The position numbers were made by a program, and so were the translations under genes. From Eledone cirrhosa (Eukaryota), in NCBI GenBank assembly GCA_964016885.1, contig OZ024740.1, positions 143,344,001-143,408,000 on the forward strand: a stretch of 64,000 bases of DNA. The letters are read 5' to 3'. Each line of letters begins with the position of its first letter. Within the stretch, counting starts at the first letter, position 1. Below are positions 1 through 12,729 of the stretch, piece after piece. Below the pieces are notes generated by a model. It was given only the letters and a program-made list of their open reading frames with translations. It was not told the DNA's origin and did not search any database.

Positions 1-2190
1 ATTTTAACGTCTCCCACTTGGAAACTGAAGTGAGGGTGAGAAATTTTACAACCATCTGCGTGGATCATGTTGGCAGAAGAAAAGAACAAAACTACCATTT
101 CCTGCATGATTCTTTTATGGCTGATGAAAATAACATATTCTCCAATGGTTATTATGAATCAGTTTCTGTGCACAACAAAGCCAATGATTTGATTGTAGCT
201 TGGGCTCTATAAGCCTCCCCAAACACCTCTACCGTGCTTCAAAGAATGCCCCAACAGCATTAGGTGTTTTATCCAACAGTGTGATTCTGGGAGATTTGAT
301 AGGTGACTTCAATCTACCCTGTGTTGATTGGTCTACAAACAGTTGAAATCAGGTCCTTCTTCCTCAACCCCTAAGTAGTTTTTCCTGTCCTAACTTGTGC
401 TTGCACCAACAAGATATCACAAAAACATTTTAGATTTAGTATTTAGTAACCACACTAAAACTATCTGCATTATTGCAGTAGTAAAAGCTCTCCTCTCAGA
501 CCATGACATGGTACTTTGTAACTTGAGGTTCCACCAGCCAAAAGTTTAACCTGATGATTCTTTCCAGCCCACTTATGTAATAACATTGATCTTCATAATG
601 TAAACTGGTCTTTCACACACAGCCACCAACATCAAAACATGAATGATGACCTTCATCAATAACCAACAGACTGAGTCATTGACAAAATTAAACTCAAATC
701 CAAAATGTTCTTTCCATTTGCCAAAAATCACAAGACTGCTGTCACAACCATTGGGCTTCTGTTTGATGAAAATGGCACACTCCAAAAGAATGCTAAAAGC
801 ATGGGTGAAATACTGCAGAAAAAATACTGCTCTGGGCTGTATCAGTGATATTAACCCCCTACACACCATATCTGACATAACATTTGCTGCCCCTGATATC
901 TTAGTGACAATAAACAAAATTAAACACAACTCAACAATAGTCTCCGATAAGCTCCCTGCTACTGTCCTGAAGGTGTGTTGACACCAGCTTGCACCCCCTA
1001 TACCTAATGTATGGAAGAACTCGCTGGATGTAGCCTATTTCCCTGAAGATTTTGTATCCCAGTTTATCATCCCAGTTTTCAAAAAAGGATACAAGTTCTT
1101 TGCTGTAAATTACCATCTGATAAATAGCTCACTACCTTGAAAACAACACCCTACTGAACTCCAACTAGCATAGCAACATTTGAGTATGTGGAAAACTACT
1201 ATAGTGGATTAAGTGTTTCCTAACAGATCTCACTATGTTGTGATTGAAGGAACATGATCAAGCTCAACCAAAGTCTGAAGTAGTGTCCCACACGGCACTG
1301 TGTTGTGCCCACTTCTCTTCATTATTTATATCAATGACCCTTTTACGATCTGAGTTCAAATCCCGCCGAGGTTGACTTTGCCTTTCATCCTTACGGGGTC
1401 GATAAAATAAAGTACCAGTAATGCACTGGGTAATTGCTGGCCTTAGAAACAATTATTTATATCAATGACACAGTTGTCATCAAGTACAGCAAAATAAGAA
1501 TGTTCACAAATGATTCCAAGCTCCAGAAAGTCATTAACAGAGTGGGATACTGGGCATGCCTTCAATCAGATATGTTTGCTGTTATCCAATGTGTGAAAAA
1601 AAATAGTGTGCTACTAAACGAGGATAAATTTGAATTAATCCCCTTTAGAAAAGAGGATGCACTGAAGTTAACATATTATCTTCCCTCAGGTGAAATCCTC
1701 ATAGCATACAACACCAGAGACCTTGGTGTAAATGTTGATAGCAACTTAAGCTGGAATACTCACATAAACAACAATGTTGTCATGACCTGCGGGATGTGTT
1801 CCTGGATTCTCAGAATTTTCCATTCGAGAGATATCCATACCATCATCCTTCTCTTCTCTACTTTTGCCTGGCCCCACCTTAAATACTGTTGTCCATTGTG
1901 GTATCCTCACATGAAACAAAGTATTATGAAAATTGAAGTACCTCAAATGTAATTACAAAAGGAAAGATGGTTTGACTAGAAAAGCTCAAACTCTACTCTC
2001 TCCAATGCTGTCATAGCACTACCTTACCTTCATGATGTGGAAAATATTCCATCATCATTGCCCAGATGATGTTGGCATCACCTTTAAAATTCACATAGGG
2101 CTATCTGCCACTACAAAAATCAAACTCGCATCACATAACAACATTATAGTAGAATTATTTCACCTCAACTTGTCCAGCTCTCTTATTTAC
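1..2190 (+). mobile_element. Decayed CR1/L2-type LINE (APE + RT remnants)
   Basis: Fragmented motifs YKPPN, GDFNLP, LDLVFSN and SDH (endonuclease), and PLLFIIYIND, RDLGVNVDSNLSW and RPHLEY-like WPHLKYCCPLW (RT/C-terminus). Many stops and frameshifts. Confidence 0.85.
1339..1451 (+). mobile_element. tRNA-derived SINE (family A), 5'-truncated, inserted in the LINE
   Basis: B-box gagttcaaatccc and body gttgactttgcctttcatcc...gtcgataaaataaagtaccagt. Perfect 18-bp TSD attatttatatcaatgac at 1321-1338 and 1452-1469. Confidence 0.9.
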
Positions 2191-2329
2191 TATATATATA
2201 TACACACGTATATATATATATATATATATATATATCGCAAAGCCACTGCTTCGGCTACTACTCCTTCAGTTTAGACCTGGCTGTTTTCTGGTATGCTAAA
2301 TGGACTACAGAGTTGGAGAGTCTGAGCAC

Positions 2330-4331
2330 TCAATGACAATGTCAAAGATAAAGATAAATTCACCTCCCCCTGCCGGACGAGAATGCAAGGACTCCTCTTT
2401 ATTTCAGACATGGAAGATCAACATAATTCCGTCACCACTCCCTGTGCCCCCAACCCATCCCTTCCACCCACCAAGCAAAATCCAAAACTTCAGAGTTGGT
2501 ACCATGAACATTGAAAGGTCGCTCAAATGAGGTTGTAGAGATGCTTGAACGTAAGGAAGTTGATGTTTGTTGTATTCAAGAGACTAGGAGGAGGGGTCGG
2601 TCTGCCAGATTCATTGTGGGTAAAAAACAATGCTATAAACTTTTCTGGATGTGAAATGACAACGGGCTGGGGGAAGTAGGAATTATGTTAGCAGAAAAAT
2701 GGGTAGATAAGGTAATTGCCGTAAATAGAGTGAACGATAGAATAATTAAAATAAGACTAGTCCTAAATAGAACAACTGTGTTGATAATATCTGCTTATGC
2801 ATCTCAATCTGGCCTACCTGATGTTATAAAAGACAGATTCTATGAGTCGTTAATGCTCACTACCTCCCAAATAACCGACAGTGACTACATAATTATTGGT
2901 GGTGACCTTAATGGTCATGTTGGACAACATTGTGATGGCTATGATGGGATCCATGGAGGCTATGGGTTTGGTACTAGGAATGAGGACGGCTTCAGAATCC
3001 TGGAATTCTGTGACGCTAATAACCTAACTATCTGTAACACAAACTTCAAAAACCGAGACAATCACTTGATCACTTATAGATCAGGGGAACACACCAGTCA
3101 GATAGATTATATCCTTACTAGAAGACGTGACAGAGTGTCTGTTGTAAACACTAAGTCCCTCCCCTGTGAAGAATGCACCTCCCAACATAGCCTAGTAGTT
3201 AGTGATCTAATACTCAGGACTAGACGTACTCGATGACAGCGGAGGACTACCTTGGGGAGAAGAACATGGAAGCTGAAGGACCCTACAGCCAGTGACAAAT
3301 TTAAAAGCTTATTACTTGATGATTTTGACAGTAAGGAAGAGCAATTAGAGACGTACAATATAGAAGTACAGTAGGAATTCATGAAAGTTAACCTGCTGAA
3401 GGCGACAGACGAAATCTGTGGCTGGAGCAGACCTATAGGCAGGAGGAGAGTAACTTGGTGGTGGAACAGTAAAGTGGAGGAGACAATGAAGGCTAAAAAG
3501 CAGGCTTGGAAAGTATAGCAGGATGGGGGTAGTAGAGAACACTATCAAGTGTCCAGGAGAGAAGCTAGGAGACAAGTGTACCTTGCAAGAAGGGAAGCAG
3601 AGCATAGAACATTCAAGCATGTTCTACAAAACGAGGACCAAAAACATGAGGTGTTCAGGATTGCAAGACAATGTGTCAAGGAAAACCGTGATATTGTCGG
3701 GGAGAAGTGTGTCTGTAATGATGATGGTGTACTTGCCCTCACTGATACTGATAAGAAGGTAGCTTGGAAGTGTCACTACGGGAGACTACTAAATGAGGAG
3801 AATAAGTGGGAAAAAGATAGTCTGCCCCAAATCGATCCAATAGAGAGACCAGCGATGCAAGTTAAAGGTTGTATAATAAGTAAGGCAATCAAAGATATGA
3901 AGACAGGCAAGGTGGCTGGGCCTTCGGAGATAGTTGTTGAGATGTTGAAAGCATTTGGAATGATGGGACATACTATGGCCACCCGGATAATAAACCAAGT
4001 AATACAGAATGAGGTCATATAAAAAGACTGGCGTAGCAGCATCATCGTTAACTGTTACAAGAGTAAAGGAGATGATCTAGATAGGGGAAACTATAGAGGC
4101 CCCTCCAAACCTAACATACACCCCAACCCACTCCCACCAACACCACCCTTTCTCTATAAAGTTATGCTGGTACCACAACATCCAGTCCAAACTAATGAGA
4201 TCGTGTAGGTGTCACGACAAAAAAGCTCCCAGTCCACTCTGTAAATGCGGTTGGTGTTAGGAAGGGCATCCAGCCGTAGAAAACCTGCCAGATAGTCCTA
4301 TACAAGCGAGACATGGTCACCCGACCAATCT
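2330..4331 (+). mobile_element. RTE-clade LINE, internally deleted and decayed
   Basis: APE domain (VGTMN, SAYASQ, GGDLNGHVG, SQIDYIL) and linker up to NYRG, joined directly to the family 3' UTR (gttggtgttaggaagggcatccagcc). In-frame stops present. Confidence 0.92.
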
Positions 4332-4811
4332 TGCTGGACACCACCAGAGGGTGTTAGACGCTGGTGTTTGCATAGTTACGGCTTCCTAAATGTTTCCTGT
4401 AAACATACCGTGTTTCTTTAGAAATACGAAATTTCTATAAATATTTGCTTAAAGTTGTAAGCAAAATCCTATTTCTATTCTAGTTGAGCCAACTTATGCA
4501 GCTTCATATACAAATGAGATTAATCACCTCATTTACACAGATGAGAAAACTATATATTCTCGACTGTTCTCAAGTCCAGCAGTTGCAAGCGGTGGGAGGG
4601 ACCATCCTGACGAAGGCCAGTCAAGCCTGAAATGCATAGACGGTTGTCCTCCTTGCTTCTGCTGGACACCACCAGAGGGCGTTAGCATCCAGTGTTTGCA
4701 TAGCTATGGCTTCCTAAATGTTTCCTGTAAACATGCCGTGTTTCTTTATAAATATAAAATTTCTATACATATTTGTATAAAGCTATGCTTGAAGCAAAAT
4801 CCTATTTCTAT
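4332..4811 (+). mobile_element. Retrozyme/Penelope-pLTR-like partial tandem repeat (~328-bp period)
   Basis: ~150-bp direct repeats at 4332-4477 and 4660-4811 (tgctggacaccaccagaggg...gcaaaatcctatttctat) flank a hammerhead motif. Confidence 0.75.
4595..4652 (+). ncRNA. Type I hammerhead ribozyme
   Basis: ggaggg-accatc CTGACGA aggc-cagtcaa-gcct GAAA tgca TA gacggt-tgt-cctcc. The core is intact, stem II has 4 bp, stem III is the palindrome atgcat and stem I is extended. Confidence 0.85.
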
Positions 4812-4902
4812 ATATATATATATACATAGATATAGATATCGATATATATAATAATATAATTATTATAAAGAATGAGGAATCACAATTTATTAACATATTA
4901 CA

Positions 4903-5202
4903 TGGCGGCACATGGCTTAGTGGTTAGAGCATTGGCTTTGCAATCGAAAGGTTGTGAGTTCAATTCTCAGACCGGGTGATGTGTTGTTTCCTTGAGCAAG
5001 ACACTTTATTTCACATTGCTCCAGTTTACTCACTGCAAAAGTGGTTGTGGAGGTGCCACGGCAAAAAAGCACCCAGCACTCACTGCAAATGAGGTTGGTG
5101 TTAAGAAGGGCATCCAACTGTAGAAATCAAGCCAGAATCAGTTCCCGTCCCACCCTTGCAAGCAGGGAAAAGTGGACGTAAAATGATGATGATGATGATG
5201 AT
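4903..5202 (+). mobile_element. tRNA-derived SINE (family B) with RTE-derived 3' tail
   Basis: A-box tggcttagtgg, B-box gagttcaattc, tail cccacccttgcaagcagggaaaagtggacgtaaa(atg)n. Confidence 0.88.
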
Positions 5203-5276
5203 TACATATGTTTCTCCATCGATCAGCTCGAGACAAGATCTGTTATAGATCGAACCCGACTCTGCATTCGAAGGGT

Positions 5277-5307
5277 CTATATATATATATATGAGTGTGT
5301 GTGTATG

Positions 5308-5341
<34 letters not shown>

Positions 5342-5345
5342 TATA

Positions 5346-5395
<50 letters not shown>

Positions 5396-5448
5396 AATAT
5401 ATATGTATATATATATACACACATATATATATGTATATATATATAAAA

Positions 5449-5511
<63 letters not shown>

Positions 5512-5592
5512 TATATGTATATATATATACACACATATATATATGTATATATATAAAAAATATATAAAAATATATATATATATATATATATA
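5277..5592. repeat. Compound (TA)n/(CA)n microsatellite
   Basis: Seen directly. It is the source of the spurious YI-rich ORFs. Confidence 0.97.
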
Positions 5593-6021
5593 GTAATAAT
5601 AATAAATTTGAAGACTAAAATCCAAAGAGGGCTCGATAAGAATAAATATATATCAAATATATAAGAACCGTAGAGCAAATATTTATTAAAATAACAGATT
5701 AAAGTTTAAGCAAAGAATCGCTGCTTTCACCCTTAACGGGATCTTCTGAAACTAAAAAAATCAATCTGTGAACGCAGAAGTAAATATTTCGAAAAACGTT
5801 GCAACCGAAAGAAGACAGGAAGACGATACTTTGATTCGTGGAAACGTTCCCTGCCAAAGAACGTAAAAAAACGAAGATAATTCGTCCTAATTTGGAGCGG
5901 TGAAAACAATTACGTGGTATTGTTTTTGCGTGTAATTGTTTTCAAAGCTCCAAATAATGACGTATTATCTTCGTTTTTTTACGTTCTTTGCCAGGGAACG
6001 TTTCCACGAACCAAAGAATTG

Positions 6022-6620
6022 ACGATGGTTGCTGGACACTACGGCTTAATACGGGATGTTTGTTTACAAACACACCGAGCATTATAATAAATGTTCGGTG
6101 AATCCATACGTACATATATATATGTGTGCATGTATGTATATATATATACATACTACTGTACGTCTGTATACATATATGTATGTACGTGTACATACTTATA
6201 TTTAAGTAACAGCCGTACTAAGAGTGGGAAATGAGATTTCGTTTCATTTTTCCCGTTTATCGTTTTCGGTGCACCCGGCCGATTAACCCACTCGATATGC
6301 AAATTGGGCTACTCAGCCGTTAATATGCATAAGGTAAGTATATACGTTCAGCAATCTGGCAGGAAGGTATACGTTGCTGACGATAGCTAATAAGCTTGAA
6401 ACTAGTACAGCGTTCCTTTGTCAGTGTTGAACAAACGAGCAACGATGGTTGCTGGACACTACGGCTTAATACGGGATGTTTGTTTACAAACACACCGAGC
6501 ATTATAATAAATGTTCGGTGAATCCATATGTACATATTTATATGTGTGCATGTATGTATATATATATACATACTACTGTACGTCTGTATACATATATGTA
6601 TGTACGTGTACATACTTATA
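6022..6620 (+). repeat. ~180-bp direct repeat pair (6022-6200, 6442-6620)
   Basis: acgatggttgctggacactacggc...catacttata occurs twice and is near-identical. Each copy has the hairpin caccgagcatt-ataata-aatgttcggtg. Confidence 0.92.
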
Positions 6621-6949
6621 CATATTTGTTATGTTATACTGTAACTCTTTGCTCTAAAGATGGCGTCAGACTCTCTACCGATACTGCCATTCCACCACCA
6701 CAGTTTATATTTGTTATTTAAGCATTTGTAAAGTTATTTGTGTATATATTTAAAACATATTTGCTATGTTATTCTATCGTAAATTTATTTATATGCTTTG
6801 TATATATTATGTGTTTATATTTTCATTTTAATGTTATTTATACAATTGTGAAGAAATATTACACCAAAAAGTGAAAATAGGAAAGTTAGGCGCAAGTAGT
6901 ATCTCCTGCTGCGAAAACAATTCATAGTGCATCAGATTTAAATTCCAAG

Positions 6950-9900
6950 CAGTCAGGAGAACGGTTGTCTCTAACCGGAGATTGTAAGACGGGTGTCGGC
7001 GAAAGTCTCAATGAGGAAGCCGACATCCTGAGGACCAGAATTCTGTCTGCAAAAACAACCACACGTATTGGATATTGGAACATAAGAACTATGTACCAAC
7101 CATCCAAACTTGCACAAGTTATCGGAGAAATAGAGGCCTACACAATTAACATCCTGGGCCTCAGCGAGGTCCGCTGGACTGACTCTGGGAAGTTTGTCCA
7201 TGAAAACAAGACCATCCTGTTCTCAGGCCGTCAGAACGGGACCCACCGAGATGGAGTTGCAATCATCATGGACAGGGCTGCCAGCGGTGCCCTTGAGGAG
7301 TGAACTCCTATCAACGAACGCCTAATGACAGCAAGATTCACCACATCACATGCAAAGGTCACCATAGCTCAGTGCTATGCTCCAACCAACGAACATAACG
7401 ATGATGACAAGGACGCTTTCTACCAGCAACTACAAGATGTTGTAAACAAAACCCCACGTCATGACATCCTGATCATCATGGGAGACATGAACGCACAGAT
7501 CGGGGGAAGCAGGGTTGGCTTTGAACATGTCCTTGGCCCCCATGCTTATGGAAACCGCACGGACAACGGGGACAGGTTTGTCCAGTTCTGTGCCATGAAC
7601 AATATGAAAATCGGCTCGTCACTATTTGACCACAAGAACACCCACAGGTCACATGGGCTTCGAACGACCACAGGACCAAGACGCAAATAGACCACATTGC
7701 GATTGGCCCAAGTTGGAGAGCTCCTTGCCTGCAGGACGTCCGAGTCTACCGGGGCGCAGATGTCTGCAGTGACCACTATCTGTCTGTTACCAAACTTAAA
7801 ATCAGACTGAGGAAGCAGAAAAAGAGAGCACTCACTACAAGGCGTTTTGACACTACCAAGCTGAAGAACGGTGACACAGAGGCACAGTTCGAGGCTGCTT
7901 TGAGGAACAGATTTGCTGTCCTTGAGGAGTCTGCACCAGGATCGGTCAATTGGTGGGAGGAAATGAAGAAGACCATGGAAGCTGCAGGGGAAGAAATCCT
8001 GGGCTACAGGAAGTCCCTCAGAGAAGCTTGGGTCAGCGACAACACCTGGCAGCTGATTAATGAAAGGAAAACCCTACATCAGCAGAGGCATGCCACTACC
8101 CCAGAGGCCATCAAGGTATATCAGCAGTATGTTGACAAGGACAAGGAGGTGAAACGCAGCGCACAAAAGGACAAACGCATGTGGATTGAGGGTAAGGCGG
8201 GGGAGGCGGAAGCAGCTGCGGCACGCAATGACATGCGCTCTGTGTACCAAATTGCCAAGAAAATCACCGGCAGCTCTAGAGCTAACTCAGGCCCGGTGAA
8301 AGCGAAAGATGGTACGCTGCTTTCCAAGGGTGAAGAAAAGTTAGACAGATGGGCTGAACATTTCAAGGAAGTCCTCAACCGACCGGAGCCACGTGTGCCA
8401 GCAGACACTAAGGAACCTACTAGTTTGTTGCCTATCAATACTGATGACTTCACCGAGAAGGAAGTCCGCATGGCCATAAAAACCCTTAAGAATAACAAGT
8501 CACCAGGTATGGATGGCATTTCTGCTGAAATGCTGAAGTCAGGAGGCGAAAGCATGGTCAAGTGGATGGGCCACTTATGTAATCTTGTGTGGAACACGGG
8601 TGAAGTCCCAGCAGATTGGAGAAACGGAGCGGTTGTCTGTATCCCCAAGAAGGGCAACCTTGCCGATTGTGACAACTGGAGGGGAGTGACACTTCTCTCC
8701 ATACCAGGGAAGGTCTATTGTCTGATGATCCTGAACCGCATACGTGGCATGGTAGACCGGGAACTGCGAGAACAACAGGAAGGGTTCCGACCAAAACGTT
8801 CCTGTGCAGAGCAGATCTTTACCTTACGCCGCATCATTGAGAGGTACAACGAATTCCAGAGGCCCCTCGCCGTCAGCTTCATCGATTTCTCCAAAGCATT
8901 CGATAGCTCTCATCGGCCGTCACTCTGGAGCACCATGCATGAGTATGGTCTGCTCCAGAAAGTCATTTCGGCAATCAAACAGATTTACGCAGACTCCAAG
9001 TGCTGCATACGGACAGAGGATGGTTACAGTGACTGGTTTGAGGTGGTTACTGGTGTGCGTCAGGGTTGCTCGCTCTCTCCAATTCTCTTTGCCATAGCCA
9101 TTGACTGGGTACTAAGAAGAGCGTCTAAAGACCAGGGTATATCTTGGGTGGGAGAGCAAAAGTTGTCTGACCTGGACTTTGCGGACGATATTGTTGGACT
9201 TGCAGAGAGCACAGCTGACCTGCAAATCATTATGAACAATATCAATGTCGAAGCAGGAAGCTTAGGTCTCAATATCAGTGCTAAGAAGACCAAAAGCATG
9301 TTATCTGGGACACACCCATCACCAACTGGTGTTTTCATTGAACAGGGGGGGGGGGGAGATAGTGGACAACTTCACCTACCTAGGAAGCTCCATTGACAAT
9401 GGGGGCGCCATGGACAGTGAATTGCAGTGTAGAATGGGAAAGGCTTCAGCAGCATTTAACCAGCTTGTCAAGATCTGGAAGAGCAGGAAGTTCACCCTCA
9501 AAACAAAGATGAGATTCTACAACAGCAACGTGCTGTCCACACTCTTGTACGGAAGTGAAACATGGCACCTTAAGACCAGCCAAGAGAAGAAGTTGGACGC
9601 ATTCGATTCCAGGTGTCTGCAAAAGATCCTGGGGATTAAATGGAGTGACCATGTAACAAACCAGGAAGTCAGGAACCGCACCAACCAGCAGCTGGTCTCT
9701 TCTGCCATCTGCAAGCGACGCCTGGGCTGGTTTGGACACGCTTTGAGACTTCCCCCGGAGAGACTGGCGAACCAAGTACTTAAATGGAACCCACAGGGAA
9801 GCAGACGGAGAGGGCGACCCAAAATGAACTGGCGCCAGACAGTTGAAAGGGACCTGCGAGCGACAAACAGACAATGGCGGGACGCTGTGCAACTGGCTGC

Positions 9901-9990
9901 TGACCGAACGCGGTGGAACACTATGATTGCCTCATGTGTCGCAAGACGCGGGAGCTTCTGAGTCAGAGTCTGAGAGAGAGAGAGAGAGGG
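6950..9990 (+). mobile_element. Near full-length young RTE LINE (APE-RT), disrupted
   Basis: IGYWNIRTM, YAPTN, MGDMNA, QIDHI, KSPGMDGI, NWRGVTLLS, FIDFSKAFDS, GVRQGCSLSP, LDFADDI, RRRGRPK. One stop (7301-7303) and frameshifts near 7640 and in the poly-G at ~9345-9356. Ends in a repetitive gagt/ga tail. Confidence 0.95.
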
Positions 9991-10279
9991 GGATGATTGC
10001 GACGCAAACGAGTAAGTAATCCAATTCGTTTAACTCTTTTGGCTATATAAAACTAAATATATACATACGTAAACATGTCTTATGTCCGTATTTCTTGCAG
10101 TAATGTTGACTTTCGTGCCTCTTGTAACAAGTGAACGGTTTACTTGTGTTGAATCGTATTTTCTTTCGTTTTCATTTTATATTTTTATATCCTGGATATA
10201 TTTTTTATCCTGGATGCTGCGATTAGGACGAGAGCCATAGCTTCCGCAGCAGAGCGGAGTAAGACCCTCAAATACTCTG

Positions 10280-10490
10280 ATCTGTCGGTCAGCTACATTT
10301 TTCAGCCTGTGGCTTTCGAGACGTTTGGGGGGAGTCGGACCCCTGACTGCGAGGTTCCTCTCTTCACTGGCGGCTCGCCTAATAGAGGTAACTGGCGAAT
10401 CTCGCGAGGGCGCTTGACTGTTCCAGCGCATTAGCCTCGCCATCATCCAAGGCAACACTGCGAGTGTGCTGACTTGCCTCAAAAAGTCAT
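10280..10490 (+). mobile_element. CRE-like non-LTR element, 3' (REL endonuclease) end
   Basis: Translates FQPVAFETFGGVGP...LIEVTGESREGA*LFQRISLAIIQGNTASVL. Confidence 0.75.
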
Positions 10491-11577
10491 TAGAGAGGTT
10501 GCCCAGTACTCCTCGCGACGCTGCTGTCTTTTGCTCTGGTGTTGGCTCGGTTGTTCACCCCTTTCTTTACATTTTCTTTAATATTGCAACATTAAAGGAA
10601 TATATCCTTCTGAAAGAATCGCGAGCAATTTATAATGTTATCTAAGCATTTGTAATGTTATTATACTGTAAATTTAATTATATGCTCTGTTTATATCATA
10701 TGTGTTCGTATGTTCACTCCATATGTCTAAATCGTGTATAATAACACAATAATATAAACTCATTGAACAAAAATAAAGGAAAGAAAAGGAAGGAAAAAAA
10801 GGGGGGGTTTCACCACCAAGTGTGATATTCGGCCAGACCTCACACTATATCAATCATGTAATTTTATTTTGTATATAAATATCATTACAAATAATTAAAA
10901 AAGAGAAAGAAAGGGGAAAGTAAAAAAGAAAGAAAAAACGCACATACATCTAGGACCACATACAACCAAAGGCAGGCGAACGAGGTGGACACGAAGAAGA
11001 TTCAACACAATAAAATAAGGGCAACTAGTTATATTTATGGATTATACCTCTATTTCAAAGAATTAGAAGCCACGGGTAGAATTAATTTTTGAAGCAAGCC
11101 AACACTCTATTCGTGCTGCCTTCTAGCTTATTCTAAAGTCTATAGAAAACGTTTGCTGGTGTTGGTTTAAACAGAGCTCCTCGCTCCAAAAACTGTTTAA
11201 ACCAAAACAAAAATCGAATAGATATTTCTGACGCTGTTTTATATGAATGCCCTCATTTATTATAATTCTTTAATGTAATTACAATTCAAGAACATGTTTG
11301 ATGACCCTGTGATAAACAAGTGAAACTCAGAGTAACAAGACTCCCTATTTAGCCCTAATAAAATTAACATTAAAACTCTACTTCGGTATTGAGTACTCCT
11401 TTCTCTTAGTCGTCAACCACATAGGGATATATATATCCCTATGTCACACGAAGTCGTCTTCCTCACTGATTAACTTTTAAGTTAACACTCTAATCGGTTG
11501 GGTTCGAATTTTAATAATTCCACAACTATATATCTATGTATAAATAAATAAATAATTATTTATTTATTTATTTATTA

Positions 11578-12252
11578 TCTATGTATATATATAAAGTTGT
11601 AGTTCCTGTCTGTTTGTTTGTTCACGAACTCCTCATATGGTTTTCGAGATAGACCCCCTTAACCATATATATTCTGAAACTACATTGCCCAGGGTACTTG
11701 GATAAGTACATTTTAATCAACCCTCGTTGAAATTTTTTTCCTTTCGATTTATATGAGATTTAAACCATAGGTAAATGACAGGATAAGATGCCTATTCACA
11801 AAAGTTTTGAATTGATATTTTGAAAAAAATTATTTACAAGAAAGAAAATAAGAATAAGATTTAATAATGTAATTTTGATTTGATATATTACAAAAAATAA
11901 TTGTTTCTACTTTTGGCACAAAGCCAACAATTATTCCAGTGCATTACTGGTACTTTATTTTATCAACCCCGTAAGGATGAAAGGCAAAGTTAACCTGGCC
12001 GGGATTTGAACTCAGAATGGCAAGGGCCGTAACTCTGCGTCAAAGCATGGCGTCCGACCCTCTACCGATACTGCCAATCCGATATTACAAAAAATAATGT
12101 TTTCCAATTTTTCATGCATTACATTTTACATTGAGTAATATTGAAATGCAGAGTTTTTCTCCATAAAATTATATCACTGATTTAAAATCAATCATCATTT
12201 TCTTACAAAAAAAAATGTGTGAAACGCAGCAAGGCGCGGGTAATTCGGCTAG
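11578..12252 (+). mobile_element. Non-autonomous Helitron with nested SINE
   Basis: 5' TC(tatgtatatatataaa), 3' GC-rich subterminal segment then CTAG, inserted at A^T. A family A SINE (- strand) at ~11900-12081 is flanked by the atattacaaaaaataat duplication. Confidence 0.7.
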
Positions 12253-12729
12253 TAAATATATATACTTCGTTTTTGTATTTGTTTTTCTAGATTTCTTATC
12301 TGAAAACGTGTGTTGAAATAGATATTGTTATACTTTGGGAGGGTCATTCTGCCAATAAAAACATGCACCTCCTGGTTTTCATTTCAATTTATTATATAAA
12401 CTTTCAGTCAGTTCATTTAATAACTGGATGGTTGTTTAGGTCTTGAATTTCAAAGCTTTTCCGGCACACATTCTGTAACTTCAGTGACTACCTTTGTTGT
12501 TATTTTGTGTCCCGCCTTTGTTCTGTCCTACAGAATTTTGTTTTTGTGAGCTGTGTACTTGGGCTGTGCATGTATTATATCTAGGTTTGTGTGTGTGTGT
12601 TTTTTTCTTTATACGTTTATTTACTTGTCACTAGTTGGTTGCTTGTTCTATCTGTGTGTGTCAGTCGAGATGTCATCCTCTGTTCAGTTAAGAAGGCCCC
12701 TCAGCTTTACCACTTTGCTTGGCAAGATT

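Larger units (their letters stand above)
1..3968 (+). repeat. Segmental direct repeat, copy A (offset 60,032 bp)
   Basis: Position 1 (attttaacgtctcccacttgg) reappears at 60033. Every ORF in 18-3762 has a twin shifted by exactly 60032. Only scattered substitutions were seen, and no indels. Confidence 0.98.

Noticed and set aside
4903-4975. tRNA gene
   Set aside because: The A/B boxes continue into a SINE body and LINE-derived tail, and there is no proper acceptor stem.
5101-5678. YI/IY-rich ORFs (also 17047-17496 and 44506-44979)
   Set aside because: Translations of (TA)n/(CA)n/(GA)n microsatellites.
8121-9921. Long antisense ORFs over LINEs (also 37367-37963)
   Set aside because: Shadow frames of RT coding sequence.
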